From contig CBDCCI010000001.1 in NCBI GenBank assembly GCA_965214705.1, positions 608,001-672,000 on the forward strand: 64,000 nucleotides of DNA, read 5' to 3'. The position numbers and the translations under genes were made by a program. The notes under the pieces are model-generated. The model saw only the letters and a program-made list of their open reading frames with translations, was not told the DNA's origin and ran no database searches. Below are positions 53,501-64,000 of the stretch, piece by piece. Every line of letters starts with the position of its first letter. The first letter of the stretch is position 1. The stretch is from Alphaproteobacteria bacterium. Its GTDB lineage: Bacteria; Pseudomonadota; Alphaproteobacteria; UBA828.

Positions 53501-55207
53501 AGCCCGACTTCCGCAACTCGGGGGTTATGAGGGTGCTAACCCATTGATTCTCCGTGATCGGACCCCCAAAGGTCGGCACTACAGAGCGCCGAACGGAGGG
53601 GCGGTCCGTGCGCAGTCAGGCGGAGAACCGCGGCCCGGGCTGTTGCGGCAGGGTCATGCCGATACCCGGAACAAGTCCGGGCAGGTGTAGCAGTAGCTCG
53701 TGCTCCTTGTTCGGCCGGGTGTGGCGCGGCAGGACCAAGTGCCGGCCGTCGGTGGTCGGCAGGTGGACGTCCACCATCTGGATGGTGGCGAACGCCTTGA
53801 TGATGGCGCGGGGCGTCAGCCCGTTGGCGCGCGGGCGGGCGAGGTTCTTCAGCGTGACCAGCAGGCAGTAGGCAATGAAGGAGACGAAGATGTGCGCCTC
53901 GATCCGCTTCTCGCGCTGATGGAAGATGGGACGGATGGCGAGGTCGTGCTTGAGCTCCTTGAACGCCTGCTCGATCTCGATCAACTGCATGGACAGGTGC
54001 CAGAGCGTGGCGGGGTCTTCGGCGGTCATGTTGGATCGCAAGAGGTAGCGGCCCTCTCGGCGGCGCACGCGGCGTAGCCGGTCGCGCCGCAGGCGGAATG
54101 AGAAGCCGTCGGCGGCGAGTTCCTTGTCGGTCTCGGGCACGCGGATGCCGACCAGGTTCCAGGCCCGGCCCGCCTCCTTCCTGGCGGCGCCGAGCTTGAG
54201 CATCAGTTGATCTCGGCTGTTGGACTGCCCTTGCAGCTCGTGCAACCGGTGCCACAGCTTCTTGAGCCGGCGCCGGCGCATGCCGCGTTCCTTCAGCTGC
54301 CGCCCCTCGCTGCGCACCAGGACGTAGAGTTCGCCGTCTTCGACCAGCAGCTTGACGTTCACGGACTGGCGCACCTCCTGCCAGGGCAGATCCAGGAATG
54401 CCTTCTCCAGCCGCGTCAGCCGCCCCTTCGGCGTGCCCACCAGATAGCGCACCGGCGCCTCACCCGCGCGCATTGCCGCCAGCGTCTCCTCGGTAGGGAT
54501 GCCACGGTCCATGATCCAGATCCGGTCGGAGCGGCCGTATTGCCGTTCGATCTTCTCGAGGAACCCCGCCAGCGTGGTCTGGTCGGCGGTATTCCCCGGC
54601 ATCACTTCGTAGGCCAGCGGGAAGCCCTCGGGCGTCACGATCAGCGCGATCACCACCTGCACGCAGTCAGGCCGCTTGTCCCGGCTGTAGCCGAAGCGGC
54701 GCTTGTCCTCGAACGGCGGGTCGCTCTCGAAGTACGTGCTGGTCAGATCGTACAGCAGGACATCGAAGCGCGCGTCGAACAGCGCCGCCCAGCGGCCGCG
54801 CAGGAACGAGAAGAAGTCCTGCTTGTGCTCCAGCAGCTTGTCGAGGCAGCGATACAGTGTGTCGTCGGCGACCGCCCGGTCGCTGCCCAGCAGATCGCGC
54901 AACGCGCTGTGCTCGTACCAGTGACGGTGAAGACGCCACTCGCTGCCCGGATCGATCAGCCGGTAGCAGGCCAGGATCTTCAGGATGTCCAGCCATCGTG
55001 TGCCTTGCCGGCTCGGCGGCAGGCGCGGACCCCAGAAGCGGTCCAGATCAAGACGGTCCCACAACGCCAAGGCCAGCCAGCACGCCCCCCACTGGCGCGG
55101 GTCGTGAAGCGCCACCTCCGAGACGTTGATCTTGACCACTTCGCAGTTCAGCGCCGGCGCCTCCCGATCCTCGGGAAAGAGCGCCATCTGACGCGACCCC
55201 GACTTGC
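53501..55207 (-). mobile_element. IS1634-family element, 5'-truncated
   Basis: PRQWGACWL, LYDLTSTYFE, IMDRGI, IRPIFHQREKRIEAHIF; end ...CCGAGTTGCGGAAGTCGGGCTA. Confidence 0.85.
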
Positions 55208-55370
55208 CCAGCTCCACCCGGGCCTCTACCGCATCCACTACGTCTCGCTGACCACCGGCAACGTGCTCGACATGTACAAAGTAAGCGGTATCGGGCCCCC
55301 ATACTTCCAGCGGATCTGATTTCGGGGCTGACTCTCCGCCTTGACCACGAGCCACACAGGAGAGATCGCG

Positions 55371-55796
55371 ATGACAGATTCGATTTTGGCATCTGGCGAC
55401 GGTGTCGCTGTTGCTTCGGTTGAGATCCCAGCTTCTGAGGGAGCCGCCCCGGCTCCGTCTGAGCCGGCCCCCATGCGACGCTGGCCGGACGATGAGAAGG
55501 CGCGGATTGTCTCGGAGAGCTTTGAGCCGGGCTCTTCGGTTGCGGCGGTCGCGCGCCGCCATGGCGTCAGCGATACGACCCTGACCAAGTGGCGGCGGCG
55601 CGCGCGGGAGGGAACTCTTCCGGGCGCTCGGATTGGTGGCTCTGCACCGCCATTTGTTCCCGTGGTGGTTGATAGCGTGACGTCCGAGCGGACGGTGGCG
55701 ATCGAGGCGCTAGGCGTGGTCGTTCGCCTTCCGGTGGAGAGCGCGGTCGATCGGATTGTTGCGGTGGCCTCGGGCCTGGGCCGGGCGTCGTCATGA
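55371..55796 (+). CDS. IS66 TnpA (HTH)
   Basis: RRWPDDEKARIVSESFEPGSSVAAVARRHG. Confidence 0.88.
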   Translation: MTDSILASGDGVAVASVEIPASEGAAPAPSEPAPMRRWPDDEKARIVSESFEPGSSVAAVARRHGVSDTTLTKWRRRAREGTLPGARIGGSAPPFVPVVVDSVTSERTVAIEALGVVVRLPVESAVDRIVAVASGLGRASS

Positions 55797-56143
55797 TCGC
55801 GGCCCCCTCGCTTCGCATCGTGTTGGCGACGCGGCCGGTTGATTTTCGTCGCGGCCACGACGCGCTTGCGGCGACGGCGGCGGGGGAGCTGGACCTCGAT
55901 ATCTATTCCGGGGTGATCGTGATCTTCCGCTCGCGCCGCGGCGACAGGCTCAAGCTCCTTGCGTGGGACGGCAGCGGTCTGGTGATGACCTACAAGCGTC
56001 TGGAGCAGGGCCGCTTCGCCTGGCCTCGGATCGAGGATGGTGTGATGCGCCTTACGAAGGGCCAGTTCGAGGCCCTCTTCGAGGGTCTGGACTGGCGCCG
56101 GGTGAAGGCCCGCCCGGTTCGCCGCCCGCTGGCGGCGGAGTGA
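55793..56143 (+). CDS. IS66 TnpB accessory protein
   Basis: PVDFRRGHD, DRLKLLAWDGSG, KRLEQGRF. Confidence 0.92.
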   Translation: MIAAPSLRIVLATRPVDFRRGHDALAATAAGELDLDIYSGVIVIFRSRRGDRLKLLAWDGSGLVMTYKRLEQGRFAWPRIEDGVMRLTKGQFEALFEGLDWRRVKARPVRRPLAAE

Positions 56144-56236
56144 GGCGGCACGCAGGCGGGGCCGCAGATTTCGGTCGCGGTCCCGCCTGCACTTTTCCCT
56201 GGTCATGCATTGGCGAATCGGATTAAGGGGTGGCCC

Positions 56237-57952
56237 ATGCCGAAGGTCACGCCCTCACCCCTCAGCAGCGCCGGTTCGCCGTCGCCTGCGGTGGTTTCGG
56301 CGGCGCTGGCGGCCCTGCATGCGGAGCTTGACGACGAGCGCGCGGCGCGCCGGGCGACGGAAGCAGCCCTATGCGAAGCGGAGCAGGCACGCGGCGCGGC
56401 GGAGGCGGCGAGGCAGACGGCGGAAGCGCGGGCGGCACGGCTGGAGGCCGAGAACGCGCAGAGCGCGGAGCAGATCAGCCGGCTTGAGCATCTCAACAAG
56501 GAGCTCAGGAAGGCGCTGTTCGGTCCGCGCTCCGAGAAGCTCGGCGAGGACGAGCGCCAGCTTACGTTCGAGGAGTTTTGGGCGGCGATCGCTGAAGCCG
56601 GCGGTCGGCCCGAGGCAGATGACCAGGAGCAGGACGAGGGGGCTGGCGGCAAGCGCCGGCGGCGCTCTTCCCGGGGGTCGCGCAGCGGGGTGCGCTTCGG
56701 GCCCCAGGTCGACCGGCGCGAGGAGGTGATCGAGCCGGACACGATCATGTGCCCCTGCGGCTGCGGCGAGATGACGAAGATCGGCGAGGACCGCAGCGAG
56801 CGGCTGGACTATGAGCCGGCGAAGTTCACCGTCATCGAGACCGTGCGCCCCCGCTACGCCTGCAACAAGTGCAAGGGGGGCGGGGTGGTGCAGTCGCCGG
56901 CGCCGGCCGCTCTGGTCGAGGGCGGCCTTCCCACCGAGGCTCTTCTGGCGCAGGTGCTGATCGCGAAGTACGGCGATCATTGCCCGCTCTATCGCCAGTC
57001 GCAGATCTACGAGCGCTCGGGGATCGAGGTTCACCGTGCGACGCTGGCGACGTGGGTGGGCCAGGCGTCGTTTCACCTGCGCCCCGTGGTCGCTTGCCTG
57101 GAGGATGAGCTGAAGAAGTCGGATCACCTGGGTCTGGACGAGACCACGATCCGCGTTCTCGACCCGGGCCGGGGCAAGACGAAGACGGGCTACATGTGGA
57201 CCCTTGTGCGTGACGAGCGCCACTGGAGCGGCACGGACCCGCCGGGCGTCGTCTATCGCTATGCGCCCGGCCGCGGCGGCAAGTATGGCGCCGAGCTTAT
57301 GGAGGGCTTTTCGGGGACGGTGCAGCTCGACGGCTACTCGGGCCACAACATCCTGGCGCGGCCGGACCGGGCGGAAGGCCCTGTGACGCGGGCCCTCTGT
57401 TGGGCGCATGTAAGACGGAAGCTGAAAGAGGTATACGACTCGAGCGCATCGCCGATCGCGCTGGCCGGTCTGAATCGGATCGCGAAGCTCTATGCGATCG
57501 AGAAGAAGATCCGGGGCAAGCCGCCGGCGGAGCGCCGCGCGATCCGTTGGGAGGAGTCGGCGCCGATCGTGAACACCTTCGGTGTCTGGCTCGACGAGCA
57601 GCGCTCGCGCGTCTCACCGCGCTCGCGTCTCGGCGAGAAGCTGACCTATATCGCCAACCAGTGGGACGGGCTGCTGGAGTTCCTGCACGACGGTCGTGTC
57701 GAGATCGACTCGAACCTGGTGGAAAACCGAATCCGGCCGCTGAAGCTCACCGCCAAGAACGCGCTCTTCGCCGGCAACGACGAGGGTGCGCAAGCCTGGG
57801 CCCGCATCGCCTCGCTGATCGAGACCTGCAAGATGAACGGCGTCGAGCCCTACGCCTGGATGCGGAGCACGCTCGAGAAGATCGCCAAGGGCCACCCGCA
57901 GTCGGGCATCCAGGAGCTTCTGCCGTGGAACTTCCAGCCCGAGGCAAAATGA
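56237..57952 (+). CDS. IS66 TnpC transposase
   Basis: FGPRSEK, CPCGC, HCPLYRQ, LDETT, CWAHVRRK, SNLVENRIRP. Confidence 0.93.
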   Translation: MPKVTPSPLSSAGSPSPAVVSAALAALHAELDDERAARRATEAALCEAEQARGAAEAARQTAEARAARLEAENAQSAEQISRLEHLNKELRKALFGPRSEKLGEDERQLTFEEFWAAIAEAGGRPEADDQEQDEGAGGKRRRRSSRGSRSGVRFGPQVDRREEVIEPDTIMCPCGCGEMTKIGEDRSERLDYEPAKFTVIETVRPRYACNKCKGGGVVQSPAPAALVEGGLPTEALLAQVLIAKYGDHCPLYRQSQIYERSGIEVHRATLATWVGQASFHLRPVVACLEDELKKSDHLGLDETTIRVLDPGRGKTKTGYMWTLVRDERHWSGTDPPGVVYRYAPGRGGKYGAELMEGFSGTVQLDGYSGHNILARPDRAEGPVTRALCWAHVRRKLKEVYDSSASPIALAGLNRIAKLYAIEKKIRGKPPAERRAIRWEESAPIVNTFGVWLDEQRSRVSPRSRLGEKLTYIANQWDGLLEFLHDGRVEIDSNLVENRIRPLKLTAKNALFAGNDEGAQAWARIASLIETCKMNGVEPYAWMRSTLEKIAKGHPQSGIQELLPWNFQPEAK

Positions 57953-58780
57953 CTCGCGCGCTCACGGCGCTCCTCAAGAAATCCCCGTCGTAGTCAAGCC
58001 AGATTCCGGTATGGGGTCTGCGTACCGCTTACTGTACAAATCCATCGCATGGGAGATCGGCATCGCCGTCGAGCGCTCGCGATCCTCGGCCCACCATGCG
58101 ATCAGGACCGAGATCACCCGGCTTGCGAACGAGGCCAAGCAGCTGCCCGTCCTCGTCGTCGACGAGGCCCACCACCTGCGCAACGACGTGCTTGAGGACC
58201 TCCGCCTGCTCACCAACTTCGCCATGGACGCGGAGCAGCGCATGTGCCTCATCCTCGTCGGCCTGACCGAGCTCAGGCGCAGGCTGTCCATGGCGGTGCA
58301 CGAATCCCTCAGCCAGCGCCTCGTCGTCCGTCACCACCTCACCGGCCTCGATCGAGAGGAGGTCGACGCCTATCTCACGCACCGCCTCCGTCTTGCAGGG
58401 TGCGAGTTGCCGCTCTTCGAGGCGCCGGCCGTCGAGGCCCTGTTCCAGAGTGCGCGCGGACTGCCGCGCCAGATCAACCGCATCGCGCACTACGCGCTGG
58501 CCGCCGCCGCCCTCGACAAGGCAAGAACCGTCAACGCCGACCACCTCCAGCACGCCCTCGACGAGCTCAGGCCATGAGCATCGTCATCGACCTGCCCGAC
58601 GAGATCAGCGACGAGACCGCCGCCAGGATCCGCGACGTCCTCCATGAACTCGGCGACGCCTTCTACCAACTCGGCGGGGCAGTCGAAACCAGGTACGCCG
58701 GCCAGATCAGGCGATGTCGGGTCGGAGGAGGCGCCCCGCGAGGCTAGCCTCCGTCCGCCGCTCAAACGGCCCGTACGGTT

Positions 58781-61446
58781 TTGAACGAAGCCGCTACGCG
58801 GAGTTAGCGGCGTAGAGTTCATTCATTTCCGAGGCGTCGCGGGTGCCGTTTGTTCTGTGCGTTCGCTTCCCGGTTGCGTCAGTGGCGCTCCGCCCGTCGG
58901 GTGGCGGATCCCCAGCAGCCTCCCGATCACCAGTGGTTAGCATCGACCCCTGCGACGGACCGTCGCCGGATCGGTCCGGCGGCGCGCCGTCGCGATCCAG
59001 GGAGATCGATAATGACCGGGACCGCGTGCGACACGAACACCGTCACCCCTCTTCGCCAGCGCATGGAGGAGCAGCTCCGCATCGCCAATCTGGCCGCGAG
59101 CACGTCCAAGGCCTACATCTGCGAGATCAAGAACCTGGCCAGGTACTACGACGCCTCGCCGGACGAGCTCGACGCCGAGCAGGTGCGCCAGTGGTACCTG
59201 GGGCGGATCGACAAGGGGCTCAGTCCGGGCACGACCAACGTCTCCTTCGCCGCGCTGAACTTCCTCTACATCGACACACTCGGCTGGCCTGACCATGTCG
59301 CCGGCCTGCGCTCCCGCAAGAAGCCCGGCAAGCTGCCGCGCTACATGTCGGAGCAGGAGGTCGAGCACCTCATCCTTGCGACACCCGACCTCCGCCACCG
59401 TGCTGCCATTGTCACCGGCTATGGCGGCGGGCTCCGCATCTCCGAGACCTTGGCCATCAAGGTCGGCGACATCCTGTCGGAGAAGAAGCTGCTGCACATC
59501 CCCTCCGGCAAAGGCGGCACCGAGAGAATGGCACCGTTGCCGGACATCGTCATCCACTACTTGCGCGTCTACTACAGGAACATCTGGCCGCGTCCGACGA
59601 GCTGGCTCTTCTACGGCGTCTCGCTCGACAGGCCCATCGCAACGGAGACCTTGCAGGCCGCCTTCAGGAGGGCGCGCGACATTGCCGAGCTCGACCGCAG
59701 CTACACCTTCCATTGCCTGCGCCATTCGGCGGCGACCCATCTCCTCGAGCGCGGCGGCGATATCGAGGTGATCCGGGACATGCTCGGCCATCGAAGCGCG
59801 AACACGACCCGTCACTACGCCCGCGTCACCGGCAAGATGTTCGAGGGCCTCGACCACCCGATCTCAGGCTTCGCAGCGTTGCGCAACTGACGGCGCGTGG
59901 AGGCCGAACGCGCGGGCGTGGCGGAGATCTTCCGCCGCGCCGGCGCCGCTTTCCGTGAGCGCCACAAAGGGCGCATCGACGCCGCCCGGCTCAAGGTCAT
60001 GGGCGCCATCGAGGCGTGCCGCACCGCCGTGCTCGGCGGCCACATGTACGCCTGCGAGGGCTGCGGGCGCGAGCATCCGCTCTTCAACTCCTGCCGCAAC
60101 CGCCACTGCCCCACCTGCCAGGGTCTCGCCGCCAACCTCTGGAGCGAGGAGCGCGCCGGGGACATCCTGCCGGTGCCCTACTTCCATGTGGTCTTCACCC
60201 TGCCCAAGGAGGTTGCCGCCATTGCCTTCTGCAACCGCAGGGTGGTGTTCGACATCCTCTTCCGGGCCGTCGCCGAGACCCTGCGCACCATCGCCGCCGA
60301 TCCCCGCCACGGCGGCATGCGCATCGGCGGCACCGCGGTCCTCCATACCTGGGATCAGAAGCTCCGCTTCCACCCGCACCTGCACGTGGTCGTGCCCAAC
60401 GCGGGCTTCGACGTAGACAGTGGCGAGTGGAAGACGGGGAGCACCACCTTCCTCGCCCCCGTCAAGGTCCTCGGCAGCCTGTTCCGCCGCCTCTTCCTCA
60501 AGGAGCTCGCCCGCGCCCACGGCCGGGGGGACCTGGAGTTCCACGGCACCCTCGCCCACCTCGCCAATCCCGGCGAGTTCCACGCCACGCTTGCCGCCGC
60601 CCGGGCCAGGGACTGGGTGGTCTACGCCAAGCGGCCCTTCCGCGGGCCTGAGCAGGTCTTCCGGTACCTCTCGCACTACACGCACAGGATCGCCATCTCC
60701 GACAGCCGCATCGTCTCCTTCGACGGCGAGACGGTCTCCTTCCGCCACCGAAAGCCCAAGGCGCCGGGGCAGAGAAAGCCGCGCTACGGCATCGCCACCG
60801 TGAGCGCCGACGAGTTCATCCGCCGCTTCCTGAGGCACGTCCTGCCGGACGGCATGCACCGCATTCGCTACTTTGGCATCCTCGCCAACGGCTGCCGCGC
60901 CAGCACGCTGGAGAGAGCACGCCAGGCTCTCGGCGCCCTCGGCTGCGCCGCCCCCGAGGGAAGCGTGGACGGCGCTCAGGCCGAGCCCGACGAAGAGCCC
61001 GAGATCGGCACCGCGCCCGTGGCCTGCCCCCACTGCGGCGGCGTCATGCGCCTCGTCCGCGAAATCCGCCGCCGCCATGAGCCCCGCTCGACGCGCGGCC
61101 CGCCGGCGCTGCCGCCGACCCACAGGGGGAAACCGTGAGACGCCCGCTCGCTTCGGCCCCGCGCAACGGCGCCAAAGCGCCGACGCACGACCGAACCTGT
61201 CTCCGCTTGAGCCGGGCTGACAGCCCTCGGCTCACACCCCGCTCAGTCCTCGCAGCGTGCGCCCGCATGCCTGCCGAAAGACCGGCGCGAGCGTCGATTT
61301 TATGCGCAACTCTGCTGCCGGTGGATGCCGCCTGACGCTGACATCAGCGCACTTTCCACATAGCTCAACTTCGCCTCTCGTGGCCCGCGGCTTCGTTCAA
61401 AAGGGTTGGGCAGGCTCTCGAGAGAGAGCCTGCCCAACCCTTAACC
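58781..61446 (+). mobile_element. Integrase-IS91 element copy 4, inserted in intron domain V
   Basis: Recombinase 59012-59890, Y2 transposase 59897-61138; no TSD. Confidence 0.92.
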
Positions 61447-61475
61447 TTCCCGTAAGCCGCTTTCACAAAGGTGTC

Positions 61476-62786
61476 TCAACGAAGGTTCAAGGACGGAACC
61501 AGTGAGATCAGGCGAACAAGCCCGTATTCGTCGATCAGCTTGCGCTCCGGCAACTGTTTCCAGCCAGCGTTGCGCCAGCGCTTGCGACGATGCGACCAGA
61601 GCCGCCGCACGATCCAGCCGTCAAGCTGGTGGAAGAGCCCGCGGACGTGGGCCTTGCAATAGTATTGGCCCCATCCCCGAATGATCGGGTTGATCTCGTC
61701 AATCAGCTCCTGCGTGCTGACAGGAGCCTTGCGCCGGGTACGCTGGCGAATCTGGTCCTTGAAGTGCCGGATGGATTTCTCACGCGGAACCGCGTAGCGC
61801 GCTCCCCCGCGAACCCCGCTCTTGATCTTGGAGGACGACAGCCGGAGAGGCCGCTCGCCCTGCTTGATCTTGTAGCCGAGGAACTCAAACCCGTGCCTGA
61901 CATGGACAATGCGGGTCTTCCCGGCGTTGAGGGACACACCCAGCTTTGCCAGAATCCGCCTGGCCGTCTCCAGTGCTGCGCGGGCTTCCCCGCGTGTGCG
62001 GCACGTGATCAGCCAATCATCGGCGTATCGCGTTAGTCGATAGCCGCGACGACGCATTTCCCAATCGAACGGGGTCAGCAAGATATTGCTGAGCAGCGGT
62101 GAAACGATGCCGCCCTGCGGAGTGCCCTGTTCGGTCGGCAGCCTCTTACCGTCGGCCACCACCCCGGCCGTGAGCATCTGCCTGAGCAGACCTAATACCC
62201 GGCCATCCGAGACTCGCTGGTTGACGAGTTCGAGGAGCTTTTCGTGGTCCACGGACCCGAAAAAGTCTTTCAAATCCGCATCGAGAACCCACTCGTTGCC
62301 CTCGTCCAGTTCCCTCCATATCTTGCGTAACGCTCCATGGGCAGACCTTCCTTGCCGGTACCCGTAGTTGGCATCGTCGAACACCGGCTCGAAGATCGGT
62401 TCCAGCCGGTTCAGCAGCGCCTGCTGGCACACCCGGTCGTAGATTGTCGGGATGCCGAGCGGGCGGAACTTCCCCGGCTGGCCCGCCTTGGGGATCAGGC
62501 ATTGGAGAACCGGCTGCGGGTGATACTCACCGTCCCGCAACTCCCGGTGCAGGCGATCGAGATTTGCATCCAGCGATGCCTCGAACGCCGCTAAATCCTC
62601 TCCGTCCACGCCACCGGCACCCCGGTTGCGCTTCACCTTTTCCCAGGCCACCTCAAGGTTCTTCCGCTTGTACACCTTGTCCACCAGTGAGTGGACCTTC
62701 CTGTCACCCGCCGGGTTGATCCAGTCGATGAGTCTCCTCGGGCCATGATGTCCGGGTCTTTCGCTCAAGGAACTTGTCCGCGTCAT
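61476..62786 (-). CDS. ltrA: Group II intron reverse transcriptase/maturase (no endonuclease domain)
   Basis: RPLGIPTIYDR, DADLKDFF, GTPQGG, RYADD, FEFLGY, INPIIRGWGQYY. Confidence 0.95.
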   Translation of the reverse strand: MTRTSSLSERPGHHGPRRLIDWINPAGDRKVHSLVDKVYKRKNLEVAWEKVKRNRGAGGVDGEDLAAFEASLDANLDRLHRELRDGEYHPQPVLQCLIPKAGQPGKFRPLGIPTIYDRVCQQALLNRLEPIFEPVFDDANYGYRQGRSAHGALRKIWRELDEGNEWVLDADLKDFFGSVDHEKLLELVNQRVSDGRVLGLLRQMLTAGVVADGKRLPTEQGTPQGGIVSPLLSNILLTPFDWEMRRRGYRLTRYADDWLITCRTRGEARAALETARRILAKLGVSLNAGKTRIVHVRHGFEFLGYKIKQGERPLRLSSSKIKSGVRGGARYAVPREKSIRHFKDQIRQRTRRKAPVSTQELIDEINPIIRGWGQYYCKAHVRGLFHQLDGWIVRRLWSHRRKRWRNAGWKQLPERKLIDEYGLVRLISLVPSLNLR

Positions 62787-63729
62787 GGTCCTTACTCACT
62801 CATCGCTGTCTCTCGCCGACCACCTCTGCCAACCGCCTTCCCCGGCCCACACGGCCGCCGCTCGCGCGGTCACCCGGCTTTCGCCGGGCTTCAGGTACTA
62901 TTCGGTTGTCCGATTGCTCGCCGCGCATCCTTTCCCATTTCGCCTTTCGGCTTATAGGGTCCGTTATCCCGGTGCCACCCGGGAACGCGGCGAGCCCTCC
63001 TGGGGTCACGTCCAGATCTTCCGTACCGTGCCGCTCGCAAACACCTTGGTGCGACGGGTGGGTAAGAACGCCTTCGCCGCCATAGTGCCGGCTCGACCTT
63101 GCCCCGTCTTTGGCCGACCGATTCATCATGGGGTGGCCCCCTCGATTACGGCCCGGTACTTCTCCGCAAGCCCTTCAGATTCCACCTCGCGGTGGACACC
63201 CTGCCTTCCGGTTGTCTTTCGACAGTGGACCAACTTAGCTCCTCCCTTGGCTGTCTCCGCCGTTTCCGGCTTCGTGCCCGTTTAGAGTTTCGCTTATCGG
63301 CTCACTCCGGCCAGTGAGGAATTACCCCCACTTTTGGATATGGCGCCCCTTACCCGAGCGCCAGTGGGACTTGAACCCACCTGATCTGGGCGCTGCCCAG
63401 CACACACTACGAGCCCGACTGCCCGCCGCCCCTCGACGACGGGGAACAACTGCCGCTGTTCCCGGAGTTGGATACCCCGTTCTGAGACGCCCGCGCGGCC
63501 GAGTGCGCAGCAGTGGCCGGCACCGACCATGGTGCCGCCACCGCTCGTTCCCGTTCCCTGAAGCCCCTGAGCGTCGCGGGCAGCCTCGTCCCAACCAGCA
63601 GGACCAAACCATCCGTTCAACCCTCAAGGGGCGAACGGATATGCGTCGTCGCAGCTTGCTCATCGATCCGGAAAAGCCGGATCTATCCGAGAAATCCGCG
63701 CCTCCGGCGCTCAAATCAATCCGGCAAAG

Positions 63730-63757
63730 CCGTCGTCATATTGCGTGCGAAACAACA
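63730..63757. repeat. Probable right end (…ACA) of the ExeA-type transposon
   Basis: CGTCGTCATATTGCGTGCGAAACAACA directly before a truncated gene. Confidence 0.45.
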
Positions 63758-64000
63758 CCTCGGCTCGCGGGTTCTGGGGCTTTGCGCGCGGCGGCTTGCA
63801 CGCGACTGGCCGGCCCGCTTCGGCCATCCTCTCCTGATGCTGGAGACCTTCGTAGATTCGACGAGGTTCCGGGGCACGGTCTACCGCTCGGCAGGCTGGC
63901 TCGCGGTGGGCCAGACCCGCGGCTTCCGGCGCTACCGCAGTGGCTATGTCGCCGGCTCGACGCCGAAGCTTGTGTTCCTGCGCCCGCTTGTTGCCGACGC
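63758..64000 (+). pseudogene. DUF4338 (DruA-like)-domain fragment
   Basis: LGSRVLGLCARRLARDW...HPLLMLETFVD...RFRGTVYRSAGW...GQTRG. Confidence 0.7.

Larger units (their letters stand above)
55281..58032 (+). mobile_element. IS66 element (tnpA-tnpB-tnpC)
   Basis: TIR GTAAGCGGTA / TACCGCTTAC; 8-bp TSD TGTACAAA. Confidence 0.93.
55208..58577 (+). pseudogene. ExeA-like AAA ATPase of a DDE transposon, 5'-truncated and split by IS66
   Basis: LYRIHYVSLTTGNVLDMYK|SIAWEIG...LVVDEAHHL...ARGLPRQIN. Confidence 0.82.
58716..63405 (-). mobile_element. Group II intron (~2024 nt without the insertion)
   Basis: 5' GTGTG at 63405; domain V/VI GAAAGCGGCTTACGGGAA|AACCGTACGGGCCGTTTG...CCGACCCGAC ending at 58716. 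Confidence 0.9.
58574..63485 (+). pseudogene. Small transposon-associated protein interrupted (antisense) by a group II intron
   Basis: 58574-58715 + 63406-63485 rejoin as MSIVIDLPDE...QIRR|YYEPD...ELDTPF*. Confidence 0.75.

Noticed and set aside
53616-55562. 648-aa full-length IS1634 transposase
   Set aside because: The N-terminal ~120 aa are antisense IS66/ExeA sequence; the gene is truncated
61476-62786. RT as retron, DGR or defence RT
   Set aside because: Has a maturase domain, a GTGTG 5' end and domain V/VI, so it is a group II intron; no DGR RT explains the 47196/48711 repeat
63758-64000. Druantia defence system
   Set aside because: Only a truncated DUF4338 fragment, a domain commonly transposase-associated; no other dru genes visible

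Overview
High-GC proteobacterial accessory region. It consists of a decaying surface-polysaccharide and surface-lipoprotein locus riddled with nested mobile DNA, and most junctions can be read directly from the sequence. (1) A GT2 gene was hit by an IS630. That IS630 was then split by a ~30.3-kb tandem-integrase element (2223-32504, 9-bp direct repeat TGCACACCA) carrying a polysaccharide-modification operon, lexA, an N6-MTase plus stand-alone PD-(D/E)XK nuclease pair, a ParB-like gene, a HicA-like gene and a terminal array of ribbon-helix-helix (RHH) paralogues. (2) There are four near-identical copies of a 2,666-bp tyrosine-recombinase + IS91/Y2-HUH element. It inserts without target duplication, ends in a terminal hairpin, and forms a perfected, loop-inverted 78-bp palindrome at its tandem junction. 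One copy sits in domain V of a group II intron and one in the HicA-like gene. (3) A ~1,600-aa Slam-type surface lipoprotein is split by IS5, which is split by an IS1111-type IS110. The IS110 bridge-RNA region has readable target/donor guides and contains ~63 bp copied from the neighbouring host gene. (4) The window also holds an IS66 carrying a DNA methyltransferase, IS4, an ISKra4/ISLre2-like IS, IS1634, a second IS66, two related MITEs and many pseudogenes. No rRNA, tRNA or CRISPR array was seen. All family calls come from motif recognition, not database searches.
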